Shown: piece by piece, positions 59,290 through 64,000 of the stretch
Numbering within the stretch: the first letter of the stretch is position 1
How the letters are laid out: every line of letters starts with the position of its first letter
Source of the DNA: Candidatus Goldiibacteriota bacterium
Lineage (GTDB): Bacteria > Oederibacteriota > PGYV01
Assembly: GCA_016937715.1 (NCBI GenBank)
Contig: JAFGWA010000017.1
Span: 3,227 to 67,226, forward strand
Direction: 5' to 3'
Length of the DNA stretch: 64,000 nucleotides
Program-made: the position numbers and the translations under genes
Notes under the pieces: model-generated
Databases searched by the model: none
Seen by the model: only the letters and a program-made list of their open reading frames with translations
What the model was told of the DNA's origin: nothing

Positions 59290-59409
59290 AATAAAATTTC
59301 AATCCGCCTGCAAGAAATTATGTTGTTATCTGTTGACTTTTTATACTTTGATATATATACTTAGGTCTGCCTAAATATTAGGCAGACCTAAATAATTTAT
59401 GGAGATGCC

Positions 59410-59847
59410 GTGAACAAAGACGCGCAAAAGGCTTTTGATATGCTTGTGGATATAAGCGACAGGATAAGAAAAAGCCGTAAAATAAGCATATTTAAAGGGG
59501 AAATTAAACAGTTAAACCTTGGGCAGACTTTTACCCTTCAGCTGCTGTTTGATTCCGGCAGAAAAACAATGGGGGAGCTTGCGAAAGCCGCGGGTATAAA
59601 AATGCCAAGCATGACAGAAAGTATAGCCCGCCTGGAAAAACTTGGGTATGTTGAAAAGAAAAGGGACAAGAAGGACAAAAGAAAAGTTTTTGTGGAGTTA
59701 TCCGAACGAGGAAAAAAAATAATGAAAAAAACAAGAGATATAAATCTTGGGTATCTTGGGATGTTTTTTTCAATGATAAGCGGCCGTGAAAGGCAAAATG
59801 CCATGGAGCTGCTTAAAAAAATTCAGGGGTTGCTGAAAAAATTATAG
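59410..59847 (+). CDS. MarR-family transcriptional regulator
   Basis: A winged HTH (MGELAKAAGIKMPSMTESIARLEKLGYVEKKRDKKDKR) in a 145-aa protein, directly upstream of the efflux genes. Confidence 0.8.
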   Translation: MNKDAQKAFDMLVDISDRIRKSRKISIFKGEIKQLNLGQTFTLQLLFDSGRKTMGELAKAAGIKMPSMTESIARLEKLGYVEKKRDKKDKRKVFVELSERGKKIMKKTRDINLGYLGMFFSMISGRERQNAMELLKKIQGLLKKL

Positions 59848-59858
59848 GCGGAGGAAAT

Positions 59859-60752
59859 ATGCATTCAAAAGCAAAAAGATGGGCGTTGATAATAATAGCC
59901 GTGCTTGGCGCGATAATACTTTTTCAGATAATTAAAAAAGTAACCCGCGCGGGTGAAAAACTGTCAGAAACGGTTTATGACGTAAAGGCGGTTAAAGCGG
60001 TAAGGACTGATATTAGGGAAAGTATAAGCATAAGCGGCATTGCCGAAGGCAACCCGCAGATAAAAGTATATTCTCAGGTACCGGGAAAGTTTGAACGTAA
60101 TGCAGTGTCAGAGGGCAGCTTTGTAAACAAAGATGATACGATAATTTACATAAACAGGGATATTGTGGGCATGGACTATCAGCTTGCTAATGTAATGGCG
60201 CCGGCAGCGGGGATAGTGACAAAAATATATGTCACGGATAAAGGCGCGTTTGTGACGCCGCAGTACCCTGTGGCAGAGATTGCAAATCCGGACAAAATAA
60301 AAGTGGTATTAAGCATTGGGGAAGAAGATATGATAAAAGTAAAAGCCGGGCAGACAGCGGAAATTTCCGCAGCTTACGGAGAGAAGAAAATATTACAAGG
60401 CAGTGTATCATCTGTCACCCCGTTTATAGATAAGGACACAATGGCAGGGACAATAATTATAAGAGCGGATAATCCTGAAAGGCAGATAAAGCCCGGTATG
60501 TCCGTTAATGTGACAATTTACGGGCAGCACAGGCAGGGGATAATGCTTCCGGAAAACGCGGTGCTGCTTGGGGAAAGCCGGTCATACATTTATATCAATG
60601 ACAACGGCCGCGCGAAAATGGCGGATGTAAAAACAGGATACATTGAAGGTGATAATATTGAAATAACGGAAGGCATTAAGGAAGGCGATATTGTGATAAC
60701 CGAAGGCAATTTTAAATTAAATGAAGGAAATCTTATAAAGATAAAAGAATGA
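59859..60752 (+). CDS. efflux RND periplasmic adaptor (membrane fusion protein, HlyD family)
   Basis: N-terminal TM anchor and biotinyl/lipoyl-like hairpin and beta-barrel regions; the gene order MarR-MFP-RND. Confidence 0.8.
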   Translation: MHSKAKRWALIIIAVLGAIILFQIIKKVTRAGEKLSETVYDVKAVKAVRTDIRESISISGIAEGNPQIKVYSQVPGKFERNAVSEGSFVNKDDTIIYINRDIVGMDYQLANVMAPAAGIVTKIYVTDKGAFVTPQYPVAEIANPDKIKVVLSIGEEDMIKVKAGQTAEISAAYGEKKILQGSVSSVTPFIDKDTMAGTIIIRADNPERQIKPGMSVNVTIYGQHRQGIMLPENAVLLGESRSYIYINDNGRAKMADVKTGYIEGDNIEITEGIKEGDIVITEGNFKLNEGNLIKIKE

Positions 60753-60883
60753 GGGACAGAGGGACAGATGCACGGAAGGTTGGAAGGATAAAAAAGTCAG
60801 CACAGATTAAGCTATAAGCAATTAAGCAGAAGCGAAATAAAAGTTTTTGCCGACCATCCGAACATCTGTGCATCTAACCATCC
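60751..60883. repeat. MITE-like element: imperfect inverted copies of the GATGCACAGA-type repeat (60751-60790 and 60850-60883) flanking the TAAGCAATTAAGCAGAAGCGAAA motif (60815-60837)
   Basis: Left arm gagggacagagggacagatgcacggaaggttggaagg. Right arm ccgaccatccgaacatctgtgcatctaaccatcc is the reverse complement of ggatggttagatgcacagatgttcggatggtcgg. The left arm starts at the MFP stop codon. Confidence 0.55.
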
Positions 60884-60948
60884 TGTTTTATAATTTATGT
60901 GATATGGGATAAAAGTTTATTGGTTTATTTTTTAAAACTGGAGAATAA

Positions 60949-63900
60949 ATGAACATAGCAGAACTTGCAATAAAAAGGCCGATATTTGTCATAATGATAG
61001 TAGTATCTATACTTGTACTTGGCGCGCTGGGATATACTTCCATGGGCGTGGATATGCTTCCCGATGTGGAATACCCGACGCTGTCTGTGGTTACGGTTTA
61101 TGAAGGCGCGTCAGCCGAAGAAATTGAAAATCTTGTAAGCAGGCCTATAGAAGATGCCATTGCCGTGGTTGAAGGGTTGGAATCGCTTTCTTCCGGTTCA
61201 AGTGAAAACGTATCTTCTGTCACAGCGCGTTTTTCCCTTGGAACTGACATTAAATACGCGGAAACAAAAGTCCGCGATGCTGTTAACAAGGCAAAGTGGG
61301 AACTTCCGGATGACGCGGACGAACCGTCGGTTGTAAGGTTTTCTTCCGCTGAATGGATTCCCGTGCTTGTAATGTCAGTAAAAGGAAAAAAGGACCTTGC
61401 CTCTCTGAAAGAAATAATTGATGACGATATAAAACCTGAAATTGAAAAATCAAAAGGCGTCGGAAAAATTGACCTGTGGGGCGGCCGCGACAGGGCGGTA
61501 AACGTGACGGTAAATAAAAGCGCGCTGGCCGCGCGCATGGTGTCTTTCGCGCAGGTTATGGAAGCTATTGGAAAAGAAAATTTAAATTATCCGGCGGGTA
61601 ATATAGAAAAACCCGGAAGAATTACAGCCGTAAGGGTTAAGGGAAAATTCGAATCAATAAGCGACATTGAAAATGTGCCGATAAAAATTTTTTCAGGCGA
61701 AACCATAAGGTTAAAAGACGTTGCTAAGGTTAATTTTGGGCTTGAAAAAGAAACCGCAAGGTCCCGTGTTAACGGGGAAAACGCCATAATTTTTGGTGTT
61801 TATAAACAAAGCGGCGAAAACACCGTGGCCATATCAAAAGCCGTAAAGAAAAAGATGAAAGCAATACAGAAAAAACTTCCGCAGGGAGTAACCTTAAGTA
61901 TTTTCAGAGACCCCACGCTGCACATTGAAGAAAGCATAAAAGGGCTTCAGGAAGACATAGGCCTTGGCGCGCTGTGCGCGATTATAATAGTCTGGCTTTT
62001 TCTTGGCAGTTTCCGCTCCACCATGATTACCGCAATCGCCCTTCCTAATTCGCTTTTGGGAGCTTTCTTTTTTATAAACGCGTCAGGCTTCACGATAAAC
62101 ATGATGGTGCTTCTGGCTTTATCGCTTTCAATAGGGCTTCTGATAGACGATTCAATAGTTGTGCGAGAAAATATTTTCAGGTATCTGGAAAAAGGGCTGT
62201 CGCCAAAAGAGGCGGCTGTTAAAGGCACCAACGAAGTGGCGCTTGCTGTCATTGCCACCACAGCTTCCATACTTGCCGTGTTCATTCCCATTTCATTTCT
62301 TGAAGGCATAGTGGGGCAGTTTTTCAAGCAGTTCGGCCTTACCATAACTTTCGCGCTGGCAATATCGCTGGTGGATGCTTTTACCACGGCCCCCATGCTT
62401 TCAGCGTACTGGTGGAAAAAAGAAGACCCGGATAAAAAGAAAAATATTTTTAATAAAATGCATCAGAAATTCAATTTTTATTATGACAGTTTTAAGGAAG
62501 TTTATAAAGACGTGCTGGAATGGTGCCTTGACCATAAAAAAACAGTTATTATTTCCGTAACCGGCCTTATCGGCGCGAGCATAGGAGCCGCGATGTTTAT
62601 AGGAATGAGTTTTCTTCCGAATTCTGATTACAGGGAAATGGAATTAACAATGGAAATGCAGCCCGGCACCACAATTGATGTGGTGGACAAAAAACTGCTT
62701 CAGATAGAGGCGTATTTAAAAACAATAAAGGATATAGAACATTATTATACAGTGGCCGGATATGGTGAAAATAACAGGGGCAGGATTTTCTGCGGGTTTA
62801 ATAAAAAAGGAAGGCCTACAACAGTGGTAACCGCTGAAGTAATGAAATACATAAATGATAATTTCGGCCCCGGCCTTACTCTTACAAATGAAGACAGCGG
62901 CGCGGCTACGGTGGTATCGGGAGGCGGCGACACTTTTCCGATAACTATAAACATCACGGGTGAAGAGTCAAAAATACTTGAACAGATAGCAATGGAAATT
63001 AAAAAAGCGGCTTTGGAAACACCGGGTGCGTCCGGACCCAATACTTCTTCCAGGCCCGGAATGCCGGAAATAAGTATTATGATAGACAGGGTTAAGGCGG
63101 CAAAACTTGGTTTTTCCACTTATGAAACAGGGATGCTTTTAAATATCCTGATAAACGGCAAAGAAGTTTCGCGCTACAGGAAAGGAGACAAAGAATACGG
63201 AATAATAATGCAGATGGCGCAGGAAGATAAGACAGATTTAAATTCGCTGAAAGACATAATGCTGACCAATTCAAAAGGCGATAAGATTCCTTTATCCGCG
63301 ATAGCGCGTTTTGAATCCGGGTCCGGCCCTGTTGAAATAAAAAGGGAAGATAAAAAAAGGATAATTAAAGTGACAGCCGGAATCGCGGAAGGGTTTGCCC
63401 TTGGCGACGTTGTAAGGGACTTAAATGAAAGAATAAAAAAAGAAGTGCATATCCCCGAAGGGTACGATTATTCTTTTGGCGGACAGGCCACGCAGATGAC
63501 AGACACAGTAACGCAGATGGCAAAGGCAATGCTGCTTGCGCTTCTGTTTATGTATATGATACTTGCGTCACTTTATAATTCGCTTACGCAGCCTTTAATA
63601 CTTATGCTTTCCGTGCCGCTTGCCATAATTGGTTCTTTCCTGGCGCTGCTTATCACCGGGCAGCAGCTGGACATAATGGCTATGATAGGTTTCTTAATGG
63701 TGCTTGGGCTTGTGGCAAAGAACGGGATATTGCTTATAGATTTCACTAACAAGATGCGCGAAGAAGGAATGTCCGCGCGCGAGGCTTTATTACATGCCGG
63801 CCCGATAAGGCTGCGCCCTATTTTAATGACCACGTTTGCCATGATATTCGGAATGCTTCCGCTTGCGCTTGGATTCGGCGAAAGCGTGCTTAGGACACAG

Positions 63901-64000
63901 TCCATGCCCATTGCTGTAATCGGCGGGCTTATCACCTCCACTTTTCTGACCCTTGTTGTAATACCGGTAGTGTACGAATGGGCGGAAGGAAAAAAAGGCT
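60949..64000 (+). CDS. RND multidrug efflux transporter (AcrB/HAE1 family), 3' end beyond the window
   Basis: ATG at 60949 with GGAG 5 nt upstream. Translation MNIAELAIKRPIFVIMIVVSILVLGALGYTSMGVDMLPDVEYPTLSVVTVYEGASAEE... remains open to the window end (over 1015 aa) with typical RND TM/porter topology. It is missing from the ORF track only because no stop occurs within the window. Confidence 0.9.
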   Translation, partial: MNIAELAIKRPIFVIMIVVSILVLGALGYTSMGVDMLPDVEYPTLSVVTVYEGASAEEIENLVSRPIEDAIAVVEGLESLSSGSSENVSSVTARFSLGTDIKYAETKVRDAVNKAKWELPDDADEPSVVRFSSAEWIPVLVMSVKGKKDLASLKEIIDDDIKPEIEKSKGVGKIDLWGGRDRAVNVTVNKSALAARMVSFAQVMEAIGKENLNYPAGNIEKPGRITAVRVKGKFESISDIENVPIKIFSGETIRLKDVAKVNFGLEKETARSRVNGENAIIFGVYKQSGENTVAISKAVKKKMKAIQKKLPQGVTLSIFRDPTLHIEESIKGLQEDIGLGALCAIIIVWLFLGSFRSTMITAIALPNSLLGAFFFINASGFTINMMVLLALSLSIGLLIDDSIVVRENIFRYLEKGLSPKEAAVKGTNEVALAVIATTASILAVFIPISFLEGIVGQFFKQFGLTITFALAISLVDAFTTAPMLSAYWWKKEDPDKKKNIFNKMHQKFNFYYDSFKEVYKDVLEWCLDHKKTVIISVTGLIGASIGAAMFIGMSFLPNSDYREMELTMEMQPGTTIDVVDKKLLQIEAYLKTIKDIEHYYTVAGYGENNRGRIFCGFNKKGRPTTVVTAEVMKYINDNFGPGLTLTNEDSGAATVVSGGGDTFPITINITGEESKILEQIAMEIKKAALETPGASGPNTSSRPGMPEISIMIDRVKAAKLGFSTYETGMLLNILINGKEVSRYRKGDKEYGIIMQMAQEDKTDLNSLKDIMLTNSKGDKIPLSAIARFESGSGPVEIKREDKKRIIKVTAGIAEGFALGDVVRDLNERIKKEVHIPEGYDYSFGGQATQMTDTVTQMAKAMLLALLFMYMILASLYNSLTQPLILMLSVPLAIIGSFLALLITGQQLDIMAMIGFLMVLGLVAKNGILLIDFTNKMREEGMSAREALLHAGPIRLRPILMTTFAMIFGMLPLALGFGESVLRTQSMPIAVIGGLITSTFLTLVVIPVVYEWAEGKKG

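Overview
This is a low-GC, origin-proximal chromosomal segment from a diderm (Gram-negative-type) bacterium. The phylum is not resolvable by eye. From the left edge to 34.7 kb nearly every gene is on the minus strand, including the replication cluster dnaA-dnaN-gyrA ... dciA-like-remB-like-gyrB. At 34.8 kb orientation flips to plus with rsmG, an 870-bp AT-rich gene-free spacer carrying four canonical ParB parS palindromes (a fifth lies inside the recF 3' end), and recF. DnaA boxes occur only next to dnaA. Housekeeping content includes thiC, accBC, efp, an M24 aminopeptidase, a purC-like gene, queA, an Asp23/AmaP/DUF2273 stress module, two tandem paralogous porin-like outer-membrane proteins and TolB-like beta-propellers. 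A co-directional plus-strand block (37.7-45.0 kb) is a cyclic-nucleotide signalling supercluster: HAMP-HD-GYP, HAMP-class III cyclase, TPR, a zf-HC2 membrane protein, then a consensus sigma70 promoter driving a stand-alone cNMP-binding protein and a 594-aa orphan protein. A minus-strand operon (45.7-52.1 kb) encodes prepilin-type proteins (major pilin-like, PilX-N-like, a 692-aa giant pseudopilin) ending in an O-antigen-ligase/TPR protein, predicted to be a pilin O-oligosaccharyltransferase. The right end has lgt, an 878-aa surface protein with a T9SS-type C-terminal sorting domain, a THUMP-less ThiI-like PP-loop enzyme next to an NYN/YacP protein, and MarR-MFP-RND efflux genes (the RND gene runs off the window). 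Several short intergenic repeat families recur as mosaics, plus an 80-bp tandem repeat upstream of the purC-like gene. No rRNA, tRNA, CRISPR or obvious transposase was seen.
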